From positions 7,165 through 71,164 of the forward strand of contig JBCCIM010000007.1 of NCBI GenBank assembly GCA_039111535.1: 64,000 nt of DNA, read 5' to 3'. Origin of the DNA: Bacteroidota bacterium. Lineage in GTDB: Bacteria; Bacteroidota; Rhodothermia; Rhodothermales; JAHQVL01. This document shows, piece by piece, positions 27,770 to 37,567 of this stretch. Made by a program: the position numbers and the translations under genes. The notes beneath the pieces were generated by a model, which was given only the letters and a program-made list of their open reading frames with translations, made no database searches and was not told the origin of the DNA. Every line of letters begins with the position of its first letter. The first letter of the stretch is position 1.

Positions 27770-29893
27770 ATGATAGAGTTTTTCCACTCGTTGTTTAGCA
27801 GCGATTATATGCCACATGGCGCCTGTTATATGTGGCAACAGGATTTGCTGTTGCTCCATGTAGGCTCAGATGCCCTGATCGCCCTCTCCTATTTTTCGAT
27901 TCCTTTTGCCATTGTCTACTTCGTACGGAAGCGCAAGGACCTGATGTACCGCAACATCGCGTTCTTATTTAGTGCGTTTATCCTGGCGTGCGGCATTACC
28001 CATCTGTTGGGTATCTGGGCTGTATGGGAAGGCATTTATCACATTACAGGCTTCTTCAAGCTTGGCACTGCACTAATTTCAGTAGCTACCGCCATTGCAA
28101 TATGGCCGTTTTTACCCAAAGCATTGGCCATCCCCAGCCCGGATCAACTCAAGAACTCCAACGAAGCGTTGCAAAAGGAGTTGGCTGAACGTGAGATTCT
28201 AGAACGGAAATTGCGCAAGCACCAGGACGAGTTGGAAGCAATCGTCTATGAGAGAACAAAAGAGCTGGAAAAAGCCAACCGCGAACTGGTTGCTGCATTT
28301 GACCAACTGGAGCAGTCTGCACAAGGCTTGAAGTCAAGCGAGGAGCGTTTTGTGCTGGCCGCAAAAGCATCCAACAGCGGCATTTGGGATTGGATTGACG
28401 TAGACCAGGAAGAAGGATGGTGGTCGCCCCGTTTTTATGAATTGCTGGGGTATGACAATCTGGAAATTCCGGCCACGCAAACGCAGTTTAGCGCGCTATT
28501 ACATCCGGCTGATAAAAAACGCGCCCTGGAGGCTACCGAAGCGCTCAAAGCCGGCAGTTCGAGTTTTGATGTAGAATACAGGCTTAAAACGAAATTTTCG
28601 GGCTACAAGTGGTTTCGGGGCCGTGGCGTTATACACCGCGGCACGTCGCGTACCCCAACGCGTATGGTTGGCTCGATTGCCGACATTGATCGGCAAAAAC
28701 TCGCAGAAGCTAACCTGGTCAGCTACGCAAAACAGCTTAAAATGGCACGCGACAAAGCAGAGTCGGGCACCCGCGCAAAAAGCGAGTTTCTGGCCAACAT
28801 GAGCCACGAAATCAGAACACCGATGAACAGCATTCTCGGATTCACCGATGTCCTCAAAGAGAGCGACCTCGACGAATCCCAGCAGAAGCATCTCGACATT
28901 ATCCGAGACAGTGGGCGCCGGCTCATCAGCCTGATTAACAACATTCTTGACCTCTCGAAAATTGAAGCCGGCCATGTAGCCTTCAAGAAAACAGTATTCT
29001 CCCCTGAAGACCTCGTTAGAAGCGTTCTTGAGATGTTTGTTGTGCACGCCCAGGAAAAGCAAAACGAGCTGCACTATGAAATTGATGCAGGTGTGCCGGC
29101 TACCCTGCTTGGCGACCAGCAACGTATCCAGCAATTGCTCATAAACCTGGTTGCAAATGCCGTAAAGTTCACACAGCACGGCCGCGTAGAGGTATCTGTA
29201 TTTTCAGCACCGCTGTCCAACAACCGTATCGCCCTTTCCATGATTGTGCAAGACACGGGTATCGGCATACCGAAAGACAGGCTGGAAGACATTTTCAACA
29301 ACTTCACCCAGGTTGATGCCTCAGACACCCGCACGTTTGGCGGAAGCGGACTCGGCCTTGCCATCAGCCAGCGGCTGGCGCAGTTGATGGGAGGTGCCAT
29401 CTCTGTCAATAGCGAATTGGGCGAAGGTTCAATTTTCGAAGCAAGGGTTGTCGTGCAAGGCGCGCCCCGACAGGTTAAAGTAAAACCGCAGCCGACAGAT
29501 CGCCCGCCGATTGTCAATCGCGAAGGTCCGCCGCTTGAGATATTGCTTGCGGAAGATGACCCATCGAGCCGGCAACTGGCTGCATACGTAGTAGCTCAGA
29601 TGGGACACCAGATTGAAATTGCCACAAACGGTAGAGAAGCCATCCAGCATCTGAGTCAGAAACGCTATGATGTCATCCTCATGGATATTCAGATGCCGGG
29701 CATTGATGGATTGCAGGTAACCGAACACATCCGCAAAACAATAAAGCGCGAAAGCCAGCCGCGCATTATTGCCGTTACGGCCCGCACTATGCAGGGCGAA
29801 AAAGAGCGCTTTCTCTCCGCCGGCATGGATGCCTACCTGAGCAAGCCCTATACACGCGACCAGCTAATTGCTGTACTCAACCGAACGATTTGA
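27770..29893 (+). CDS. Hybrid sensor histidine kinase: ethylene-binding-domain-like 3-TM N-terminus + coiled coil + PAS + HisKA/HATPase + receiver
   Basis: H-box SHEIRTPMNSILGF. N/G boxes NAVKFT, DTGIGI, GGSGLGLAI. Receiver ILLAEDD...DVILMDIQMPGIDG. The N-terminus GSDALIALSYFSIPFAIVYFVRKRK...AFILACGITHLLGIW is like ETR1. Confidence 0.9.
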   Translation: MIEFFHSLFSSDYMPHGACYMWQQDLLLLHVGSDALIALSYFSIPFAIVYFVRKRKDLMYRNIAFLFSAFILACGITHLLGIWAVWEGIYHITGFFKLGTALISVATAIAIWPFLPKALAIPSPDQLKNSNEALQKELAEREILERKLRKHQDELEAIVYERTKELEKANRELVAAFDQLEQSAQGLKSSEERFVLAAKASNSGIWDWIDVDQEEGWWSPRFYELLGYDNLEIPATQTQFSALLHPADKKRALEATEALKAGSSSFDVEYRLKTKFSGYKWFRGRGVIHRGTSRTPTRMVGSIADIDRQKLAEANLVSYAKQLKMARDKAESGTRAKSEFLANMSHEIRTPMNSILGFTDVLKESDLDESQQKHLDIIRDSGRRLISLINNILDLSKIEAGHVAFKKTVFSPEDLVRSVLEMFVVHAQEKQNELHYEIDAGVPATLLGDQQRIQQLLINLVANAVKFTQHGRVEVSVFSAPLSNNRIALSMIVQDTGIGIPKDRLEDIFNNFTQVDASDTRTFGGSGLGLAISQRLAQLMGGAISVNSELGEGSIFEARVVVQGAPRQVKVKPQPTDRPPIVNREGPPLEILLAEDDPSSRQLAAYVVAQMGHQIEIATNGREAIQHLSQKRYDVILMDIQMPGIDGLQVTEHIRKTIKRESQPRIIAVTARTMQGEKERFLSAGMDAYLSKPYTRDQLIAVLNRTI

Positions 29894-29938
29894 CCCTGTC
29901 TTCAATATGACTTTTTGATGCGCTGCTTGCCCCAGGAT

Positions 29939-31300
29939 TCAAGGTTGCCACTTCACACGCCCCCCTTCCCGGATATGGGCGCGCAACGCAGCAGCCATCG
30001 AACGGTATATATCAGGCCGTTCATCAAGGAGGTTATTGGTTTCCAGCGGATCTTCTGCCAGGTTGTACAACTCCTGAGGTTTGAAGGGGCTATCCTGTAG
30101 CAGCTTCCAGTCGCCGCGACGCATCGCCTCAACGGTTTTGCCACCATAACGCGTCCCTCCTTCCCTGCGCGAAAAGAAGAGGTCTCGATTTCGCCAGCCT
30201 TGTGCTTCTCCCATCAACGTGGGCAGAAAGCTCACCCCTTCAACAAAGTGTGTAACCGGTACCCGCGCAATATCAACCAGGGTGGAGAAAATGTCCATGG
30301 TGATGCCAACATAGGATGAGCGCGTGCCGGCGTCGATGTGCCCGGGCCAGGCAACGCCAGCCGGGACTTTGATGCCGCCTTCATACATGCTTTGTTTACC
30401 ATCGCGAACTGCGCCATTTCGCGCACCCACATTGAGCTGTCCGCCGTTGTCACTGGTAAATACCACAACTGTATTGTCTGCATACCCAGCGTCTTCGAGG
30501 GTAGCCATAACTTCGCCAATGCCGGCATCCATGTGTTCAATGAGTGCAACCAGCCGGGCACGCGCGTCGTCTATCCCCTCTTCGCGTGCCTTCACCTTTT
30601 CAACCCAGTCTTCTGGCGGCTGAATTGGCGTGTGGGGTGCATTGTACGACAGATAAAGAAAGAATGGCGCTTCAGATATTGTCCGGGAACGAATGTATGC
30701 TTTGGACCAGTCTGTGAACAAGTCAGTAGCGTGGCCCTCCGGCTCAATGACGGTATCGTTGAAACGCATGTAATTGATACCGTGCCGGCGATGGGTGTAG
30801 TAATCATCCATCATGTCGCCCAGGTATCCTTTGAAATAATCAAAGCCCCGGTCATGCGGACGGTTTGGCGACTCCAGACCAAGGTGCCACTTCCCTACCA
30901 TGGCGGTATGGTACCCATTTCGTTTGAGCATAGCCGGCAACATAATGGCATCCTCAGCAAGATACCCCCAGTTGTCGGTGGCGCGGGTACGAACAACACC
31001 CGGCACGCCGACCATGGCTGGGTACCGCCCTGTAAGCAGCGATGCACGCGTAGGAGAACACACCGATGAGTTGGCATAGAATTCGTCGAAGCGCATTCCT
31101 GATGCAATCAAGGCGTCGATATGCGGCGTTTGCAGATCAGTTGCTCCGTAACTGGACAAATCTCCATAGCCGAGATCATCTACCAGAATTAGCAGGATAT
31201 TGGGTGGGGGATCCTGTTGGGCGGAAACCGGATTAACAAACAGAAATACGAAGATAAACGGGAGTGCTTTCTGTACTACTTTCCAGGGAAATAACATCAT
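29939..31300 (-). CDS. Cys-type sulfatase
   Basis: LILVDDLGYGD, SSVCSPTRASLLTG, GKWHLG. Signal peptide ending VSAQQ. Confidence 0.9.
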   Translation of the reverse strand: MMLFPWKVVQKALPFIFVFLFVNPVSAQQDPPPNILLILVDDLGYGDLSSYGATDLQTPHIDALIASGMRFDEFYANSSVCSPTRASLLTGRYPAMVGVPGVVRTRATDNWGYLAEDAIMLPAMLKRNGYHTAMVGKWHLGLESPNRPHDRGFDYFKGYLGDMMDDYYTHRRHGINYMRFNDTVIEPEGHATDLFTDWSKAYIRSRTISEAPFFLYLSYNAPHTPIQPPEDWVEKVKAREEGIDDARARLVALIEHMDAGIGEVMATLEDAGYADNTVVVFTSDNGGQLNVGARNGAVRDGKQSMYEGGIKVPAGVAWPGHIDAGTRSSYVGITMDIFSTLVDIARVPVTHFVEGVSFLPTLMGEAQGWRNRDLFFSRREGGTRYGGKTVEAMRRGDWKLLQDSPFKPQELYNLAEDPLETNNLLDERPDIYRSMAAALRAHIREGGRVKWQP

Positions 31301-31394
31301 GGCAGCGGTGTTTAAAGAGGTTATACTGCCCTAATGTTACTAATTATTTCTTGCTTTTTCAGTCATTCCCGGCAACTCATCGCAGCCGGCATAG

Positions 31395-31862
31395 CTACCC
31401 TGCATATTGTTCTACACAGGCCAGTAGTTGTCTTGCGTGTGTATAACGGGTGGCTTCCCTGGCGTCATCTTTCAGGTGTGCAGTAGCAAGCGTAAGGTAA
31501 TGGGCGGCCTGTACAAACTTCCGCTGGGCAATCAGGGCTTCTCCAAGTGCCACCCACCCCCGCGCGGTATGCCGGTGACCGGCTGGTAAAGCCTGCTCCA
31601 TAGCGTCTACGGCGGCTTGCAGATTTGTAGCCGCTTCATCATTTTCACCCATCTGCAATACCATCTCACCGAATCTGAATTGCTGGAGGGCGAGGAAGAA
31701 ATTGGAGCCTACTGCATTGCTCTCCATGTTGGATATCACCTCTTCGTACAGAGGTTGTGCTTCCTCATAGCGTGCACTGGCAGCCAGGAATGCAGCATAT
31801 CGGGCTTTGCCGGCTGTTATGTACGGATGATCAGGCCGCAATGTTTGAGAGAAAAACGCCAT
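31395..31862 (-). CDS. TPR-repeat protein, probably a truncated remnant
   Basis: 155 aa of TPR-like helices (ARYEEAQPLYEEVI..., FVQAAHYLTLA). A second short ORF in another frame just upstream (ATG at 31966) suggests a disrupted larger gene. Confidence 0.4.
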   Translation of the reverse strand: MAFFSQTLRPDHPYITAGKARYAAFLAASARYEEAQPLYEEVISNMESNAVGSNFFLALQQFRFGEMVLQMGENDEAATNLQAAVDAMEQALPAGHRHTARGWVALGEALIAQRKFVQAAHYLTLATAHLKDDAREATRYTHARQLLACVEQYAG

Positions 31863-32040
31863 TGCTTCCTGTCAATCTGCTTCTGCTGCTTCAAACATGT
31901 CAACACTTCCGGCTGTAGGTATCGTACTTTATGGGCGGCTTTGGTGAGCGCTTTCAGTGGGGGCATACAGAAAGGTTGCCGGCACTAGTATTAGCGAAAA
32001 GGCTCAGGATTTTCTCTCACATCAACAAAAAATAGGCTAA

Positions 32041-32080
32041 ATAAGAAAAGCCCACCGGCAGAACATGGCCGGCGGGCTTT
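32041..32080 (-). terminator. Rho-independent terminator for 32107-32364
   Basis: Minus strand: AAGCCCGCCGGC catgttct GCCGGTGGGCTT followed by TTCTTATTT. Confidence 0.6.
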
Positions 32081-32106
32081 ATCAAATTCCGAAAGAAAGC
32101 GGAGCG

Positions 32107-32364
32107 TTACTGATCTCCTTCCAGTTCAGCTTCCAGCTGTTCCAGCGCTTCTTCGTAATTTTCTTCAGTGACGGGTGCAGCTTCTTCAAGCGGCGCAGCA
32201 TCGATGGATTCGAGCACCTGGACATCTTCGTCCGTCAACTCAATCTCGGCGGCTTCAGAAGCAGCCATTGATTCCTGGGTTGACGAACTGTTGCAGCCGG
32301 CTAGCACGAAGCATAACGCCAGGCAAAGGGGTAAGAAATATGTTTTCATCTTGAATAAAATCAA
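32107..32364 (-). CDS. Small, very acidic lipoprotein
   Basis: 85 aa with lipobox FVLAGCNS. The remainder is Glu/Asp/Ala-rich. Confidence 0.55.
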   Translation of the reverse strand: MILFKMKTYFLPLCLALCFVLAGCNSSSTQESMAASEAAEIELTDEDVQVLESIDAAPLEEAAPVTEENYEEALEQLEAELEGDQ

Positions 32365-32459
32365 TTGAATAAAAATGCTCCCGGGCAGCTCCTGCGGCAG
32401 CTACTTATCAAGACCAATCGCCTTAAAAAGACAGCAGCAAGGGCGACTGAGCAGCGTGG

Positions 32460-33206
32460 TTACTGATCAGCTTTCAGTTTTTTGTCCATTTTGCGGGCGA
32501 AACGTTTTTCCATTTCAGCCAGCTTGCCAATTTTTTTCTCGTGTTTGGCGTTTTCCTTGTCAACAAGGGTACCAATACGAGCAATGGCATCTTCGTTACC
32601 AGCAGTTTCTGCATGTGCCTTGATTTCTGCAATTCGGGCCATGCGTGCTTCGTGCCGCGCCACTTCCTTAGTACGCGCTTCTGCAATCTGAGCTTCGAGT
32701 TGCTCCGGCGTCATGTCGCTGCCACGAATGGTGCGCGGATTAACGCGATCACCCATTTCTTCACGGCGTGCTTCACGCTCTTCTTCGGTAGCTTTACGTC
32801 CGCGCTCAACAGTGCTGTCTCGGCGAGACTGTGCTTTGTCGCGCATCTCCCGGCCTTCCTGTTTTGCACGATCAGCAGCCTCACGGCCTTCACGGCGGAC
32901 TTTTTCGCCAGCCTCCTGGCCATCACGCTGTACCCGTTCGCCGGCATCACGCGCAGATTCTCTGGCTTTATCGCCATTTCGGCGCGCTTCCCGTTCAGCT
33001 TCATTGGCAGCTTTGCGGCCTCTTTCTTTAGCTGATTCGGCTTCTCTGTTGGCCCGGCCTTCGATCTTCTTTGCTTCTTCTTTTGCTGTTTCTTCTACTT
33101 CAGCCTCTTGCATGAAAAAAGCGGATGCCTGGCGGGGCGTTGTGATCAGGCAAAACGCGGCCATTACACATGAGAAAACCAACGTTTGTAGGATTTTGTG
33201 TCGCAT
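32460..33206 (-). CDS. Secreted, highly charged (Arg/Glu/Lys/Ala) low-complexity protein
   Basis: The ATG at 33206 gives the signal MRHKILQTLVFSCVMAAFCLITTPRQASA. About 200 aa of degenerate RE/AE/KA repeats follow. The periodic composition produces shadow ORFs in several frames. Confidence 0.6.
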   Translation of the reverse strand: MRHKILQTLVFSCVMAAFCLITTPRQASAFFMQEAEVEETAKEEAKKIEGRANREAESAKERGRKAANEAEREARRNGDKARESARDAGERVQRDGQEAGEKVRREGREAADRAKQEGREMRDKAQSRRDSTVERGRKATEEEREARREEMGDRVNPRTIRGSDMTPEQLEAQIAEARTKEVARHEARMARIAEIKAHAETAGNEDAIARIGTLVDKENAKHEKKIGKLAEMEKRFARKMDKKLKADQ

Positions 33207-33544
33207 TTTAAGATTAAAACCAATTATTAATGATATCTCAAGTATAGATCCCAGGTTTACAGAACTGTACAAAACGGGGGGATATTCAATAAAAACAAGG
33301 ATTTATACTACGGAAGGGCGCATACTATACATTAAGCACACACATTTTCCGCTTCCTGCGCTTTTAACCCAAAGACTATACCAGTTGCGGAGTATATGTT
33401 TTTTTAGACTTGAAACCAGAGAATACCTGTAAAAGAATGCAGCGGATTAGAGATTGAAGACACGCTATTCGTTCTGTCGTGTTTTCGTAGTTCTGCTTTT
33501 TGTCTTGCAAACCTTTTACCGGAGCAAAAACGCCCAGACAGCTA

Positions 33545-35137
33545 TCAGCCGACGTTTTCGCGGGTCATCTCGTTGTTGACCATGCGCCAGATGCCTTTCT
33601 CATTGGCATTCCGCAGTTGCGGCGGCAGCAGATCATTGGGGAAACCCTGATAGCATACGGGCCGGCCAAATCGCAACAGCGAGCCGGTACCAATGGAGGT
33701 ATAGTGACTATCCGTAGAGGCAGGGTACGGCCCGCCGTGATGCATTGCTGCACAAACCTCAATGCCCGTGGGATATCCATTGATGATGATGCGGCCTACT
33801 TTTTTCTCGAGGATCTGAATCAGGTTTTTGTGTGCTGCAAGGTCTTCAGGCGTGCCGTGCACCGTTGCACTGAGATGCCCTTCGAGCCCTTCAGCCATTT
33901 CTTCCATTTCCTCCACTGAATTACACGCCACAACAATCGATGTAGGCCCAAACACTTCTTCCATCAGATAGGGTGTTTGCTTGAGGGTATCGATATCCGT
34001 AGCAAAAATGGCACAGCCGGCCTGGGTGGCAACAGCCGGCGCATCAGCTGATTGACCGAGCACGGATACACCCGGCGTTTGACCTATTTTGTCTACACCG
34101 TCGGCAAACGCTTTGCTGATCCCGGCATGCAACATGGTTGCCGGAGTCACTGCCGTCGCCAATTCGCCCGAAGCCTGCTGAAATGACGACATGCCTTCGC
34201 CTTTCAAGCCCAGCAAAATACCCGGGTTCGTGCAGAACTGTCCGACGCCAAGATTGACAGATTGTAAATATCCTTTGGCAATATCTGCACTGCGCGCCTT
34301 CAAGGCCCCGGGTAGTAAAAAGACCGGATTTGTACTGCCCATCTCTGCATACACAGGAATCGGCTCTGGCCGTGCAGCGGCTGCATCAAACAGCGCCCGC
34401 CCACCGCGCAATCCGCCGGTAAAGGCTACCGCTTTGATATGCGGATCCCGCGCCATGGCCAACCCGACTTCATGGCCGCGGCCGTGCACCATCGAAAAAA
34501 TACCGGCTGGAAAACCAGCTGCTTTAACGGCTTTAGTAATTGCCATCGCGAGCAGTTCACTTGTACCCGGATGCGCAGGGTGCGCTTTAACAACAACGGG
34601 ACACCCTGCGCCCAGTGCAGTTACGGTATCGGTGCCTGCCACACCAATGGCTAGCGGGAAATTACTCGCGCCAAAAACGGCCACGGGCCCGATGCCAACA
34701 AGCATGCTGCGCACATCGGGTTTTGGTGCCGGTGTCCGATCTGGATTTGCGGTATCAATCCGCGCATTTACCCACGAGCCCTCGCGAATTACATTGGCAA
34801 AGAGTCGAATCTGATTAACCGCTCTGCCTCGCTCTCCTGTACACCTGCCCATCGGCAAACCAGTCTCCTGATGGGCCATTTCCAGCAAGTCATCACCCAA
34901 TGCCATAATCTCGTCAGCAATGTGATCAAGCAGTTGGCCGCGCGCCTCAACAGTAGCTGTACGCAACGCATCAAAGGAATCGGCAGCGGCTTTGGCTGCA
35001 GCAGCAACCTCAGCGACAGTACCTTCTACAAAATGAACACCAAAAGGTGTGTTGGTGGATGCGTCAACGGCCTGATACGTCTCTGTACCTTTCGCTTCAA
35101 ATACACCTGCAATGAGTTGCTTGCCTTGCAATGCCAT
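33545..35137 (-). CDS. NAD(P)+ aldehyde dehydrogenase (alpha-ketoglutaric semialdehyde / lactaldehyde dehydrogenase-type)
   Basis: 530 aa. EMGSTNPVF and GVGQFCTNPG (catalytic Cys) motifs of the long ALDH subgroup. Confidence 0.9.
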   Translation of the reverse strand: MALQGKQLIAGVFEAKGTETYQAVDASTNTPFGVHFVEGTVAEVAAAAKAAADSFDALRTATVEARGQLLDHIADEIMALGDDLLEMAHQETGLPMGRCTGERGRAVNQIRLFANVIREGSWVNARIDTANPDRTPAPKPDVRSMLVGIGPVAVFGASNFPLAIGVAGTDTVTALGAGCPVVVKAHPAHPGTSELLAMAITKAVKAAGFPAGIFSMVHGRGHEVGLAMARDPHIKAVAFTGGLRGGRALFDAAAARPEPIPVYAEMGSTNPVFLLPGALKARSADIAKGYLQSVNLGVGQFCTNPGILLGLKGEGMSSFQQASGELATAVTPATMLHAGISKAFADGVDKIGQTPGVSVLGQSADAPAVATQAGCAIFATDIDTLKQTPYLMEEVFGPTSIVVACNSVEEMEEMAEGLEGHLSATVHGTPEDLAAHKNLIQILEKKVGRIIINGYPTGIEVCAAMHHGGPYPASTDSHYTSIGTGSLLRFGRPVCYQGFPNDLLPPQLRNANEKGIWRMVNNEMTRENVG

Positions 35138-35214
35138 GCTTCTTCGCTTTAAAATCTGTTGTTATAAAAATTGATACAGTTTGTATACAGTACCCGGTTG
35201 TTTGCTGCCCGGGA

Positions 35215-36042
35215 TCACACCGTATTTACCAGCGTGCCGATTGGATCTATGGTAATCCGCATTTCGTCACCCGCTTTGAGGGTAAAATCATCTGGTGGCA
35301 CGATACCGGTACCCGTCATAAGATAACACCCTTCAGGGAAGCTCGCCTCGCTGAACAAATACTTCACTAACTGATCCGGTTTCTTTTTCATTTGCCCAAG
35401 ATCAGTTTTGCCTTCAAACACCGTTTGCTGCGCACGAACAACTTTGAGTTTGATCTTCGTTGTTGTTGGCAGCGGCTCGTCGGTGATCAACACAGCCGGC
35501 CCAATGGCTGCACAAGCATCAAAAGTTTTTGCCTGGGGCAGGTAAAGCGGGTTCTCTCCTGCAATGTCTCGACAACTCAGGTCATTGCCCACGGTATAGC
35601 CAACAATATTGCCCGACGCATTGACCATTAGCGTTAGTTCTGGCTCGGGCACCATCCATTTAGAATCTGAACGCAAGCGCATTTTCTGTCCATGCCCAAC
35701 AACGCGGTGAGCAGTTGCTTTCATAAATAGCTCAGGGCGATCCGCATGGTAAACCCGGTCGTAAAAATCACTACCGCCGGCATCGCTGGATTCTTCCATG
35801 CGCGCGGTACGGCTTTTGAAATACGTCACGCCGGCGGCCCAAACTTCTTGTTTACTGATTGGCGGGAGCAGATCTGCAGCGTCAGGAGCACGGGTTTCTC
35901 GTCCGTTTACGTCAACATAATCCAGTAACCGTTCTTTGAGCCGGTCGAGCCGTAACCAGTAGTCCCAACTCACATTGGGCAGCTGGTACCAGTTTTTTTC
36001 ATACTTAACAACAATACCCTGTGTTGTATTGTAGAGCAGCAT
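35215..36042 (-). CDS. Fumarylacetoacetate hydrolase (FAH) family protein, 2,4-diketo-3-deoxy-sugar-acid hydrolase or keto-deoxy-pentonate dehydratase-like
   Basis: 275 aa. [31 protein letters not shown] is the typical FAH core. Confidence 0.85.
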   Translation of the reverse strand: MLLYNTTQGIVVKYEKNWYQLPNVSWDYWLRLDRLKERLLDYVDVNGRETRAPDAADLLPPISKQEVWAAGVTYFKSRTARMEESSDAGGSDFYDRVYHADRPELFMKATAHRVVGHGQKMRLRSDSKWMVPEPELTLMVNASGNIVGYTVGNDLSCRDIAGENPLYLPQAKTFDACAAIGPAVLITDEPLPTTTKIKLKVVRAQQTVFEGKTDLGQMKKKPDQLVKYLFSEASFPEGCYLMTGTGIVPPDDFTLKAGDEMRITIDPIGTLVNTV

Positions 36043-36076
36043 ATTTTTGGGGGCTTATTGTGTGGGATGCACGCCA

Positions 36077-37525
36077 TCAGGGGCGTGTCTTTCCATCCTG
36101 CCGGGCTTGATCCAGCAAGGCTTGCAAGTCGGCAACAACTGCTGGTTCATCCAGATACAGGTTTGTTGCTTCGGTGGGGTCGGTGTCAAGGTTGTACAGT
36201 TGGCCGGCGGGCTCTCCAGCGGCTGGCGTAATACGCTGTGGCTGTGTAAATCCGCCTGAGCCCCGGCCTTCGATGAGTTTCCAGGGGCCCTTTCGAATGG
36301 CAAACATGCCGTCTAGCGAATGGTGTATGGCTGCAGGTCGTATGGGTTCTGCAACGCCCTGCCCCAGCCATGCAGGCAACATGTTGAAGCTGTCTTCGCC
36401 GGCGTCATCTGGCAGCGTTGTACCCACTACTGCTGCAAAAGTCGCAAGCAGATCCGTATGCGTTGTGAGTACATCGTTCACTGCTGCGGCATCTACAGTG
36501 CCGGGCCAGCGCACAACAAAAGGTACCCGGTGGCCCCCTTCCCATATATCAGCTTTCTGTCCGCGCAGCGTCAGGTTGGCAAGGTGATCAAACGTTGCGA
36601 TGTCATCAGGATACCAATGCGCACCATTATCACTGGTATAGATCACGATCGTATTTTCCGTAAAGCCTTGCGCATCCAGGGCTTCCAGAATGTCTACAAC
36701 AGACGCATCCACCTGCGCAGCAAAGTCGCCATAATAGCCGGCACCGCTCTTGTCTTTAAACGGCGCCGTTGGCAACCAGGGCGTGTGCGGCGCAGACAAA
36801 GGTACATAGAGGAAAAATGGATCGTCCGATGACGCCTGCGCTTCAATGAACGACACCGACTTTTCTGTTATCTCGGGCAAAACATCAACATGCTCAAAAG
36901 CGGGCGCCACGGGGCCACCTCGCCAGAACCCTCCTCCTTCTTGCCGGCGATGGGCGCTTGCCTCCACCTCAGCTGTGGGCATCTCGATTACTTTTTCATT
37001 CTGGAAATATACATAGGGCTGCATGTCCAGCGATGCAGGAATCCCGTAAAAGTAATCAAACCCGTGATCTGCAGGGTTAGGATGCAGTGGTGCAAAATAG
37101 TTTGTGCTATCGCCAGTGCCTAGCCCCAGGTGCCACTTCCCAACGCCGCCCGTTGTGTAGCCGGCCTCTTTCAGCAACGATGCTACGGTAACCCGGGCGG
37201 TGTCGATAAGATTGGGGCTGTATCCCCATAACACACCTGATTTCAGGGACGTGCGCCAGGCATACCGTCCTGTCAGTACGCCATACCGCGTCGGCGTGCA
37301 GACAGCAGATGGAGAATGGGCATCTGTAAACCGCATGCCCTCCTGCGCCAACCGATCAATGCCGGGGGTAGGAATTTTGGAGGCAGGGTTATACGCACCA
37401 GGATCTCCATATCCCATGTCATCCGCAAGAATCAGGACAATATTGGGTGGGCTCGCCTCCTCGCTGGCCAACGGATTGCAGCCGGCAAGTAACGAAAACA
37501 ACAGGCAATAAGATAAACGCGTCAT
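36077..37525 (-). CDS. Cys-type sulfatase
   Basis: LILADDMGYGD, SAVCTPTRYGVLTG, GKWHLG. The ORF extends to 37546; the ATG at 37525 gives a lipoprotein signal (LLAGC). Confidence 0.9.
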   Translation of the reverse strand: MTRLSYCLLFSLLAGCNPLASEEASPPNIVLILADDMGYGDPGAYNPASKIPTPGIDRLAQEGMRFTDAHSPSAVCTPTRYGVLTGRYAWRTSLKSGVLWGYSPNLIDTARVTVASLLKEAGYTTGGVGKWHLGLGTGDSTNYFAPLHPNPADHGFDYFYGIPASLDMQPYVYFQNEKVIEMPTAEVEASAHRRQEGGGFWRGGPVAPAFEHVDVLPEITEKSVSFIEAQASSDDPFFLYVPLSAPHTPWLPTAPFKDKSGAGYYGDFAAQVDASVVDILEALDAQGFTENTIVIYTSDNGAHWYPDDIATFDHLANLTLRGQKADIWEGGHRVPFVVRWPGTVDAAAVNDVLTTHTDLLATFAAVVGTTLPDDAGEDSFNMLPAWLGQGVAEPIRPAAIHHSLDGMFAIRKGPWKLIEGRGSGGFTQPQRITPAAGEPAGQLYNLDTDPTEATNLYLDEPAVVADLQALLDQARQDGKTRP

Positions 37526-37567
37526 ATTCGGGGGGGGATTAAACAAATGCTGGCCACTACGCGCAAC

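Noticed and set aside
32474-33432. A cluster of overlapping ORFs on both strands (32474-32686, 32482-32691, 32541-33035, 32711-33004, 32713-33432, 32831-33031) that might suggest overlapping genes.
   Set aside because: They are explained by the periodic GA/GC-rich codon composition of the charged repeat protein gene (32460-33206). Only that frame has a signal peptide and a sensible start.
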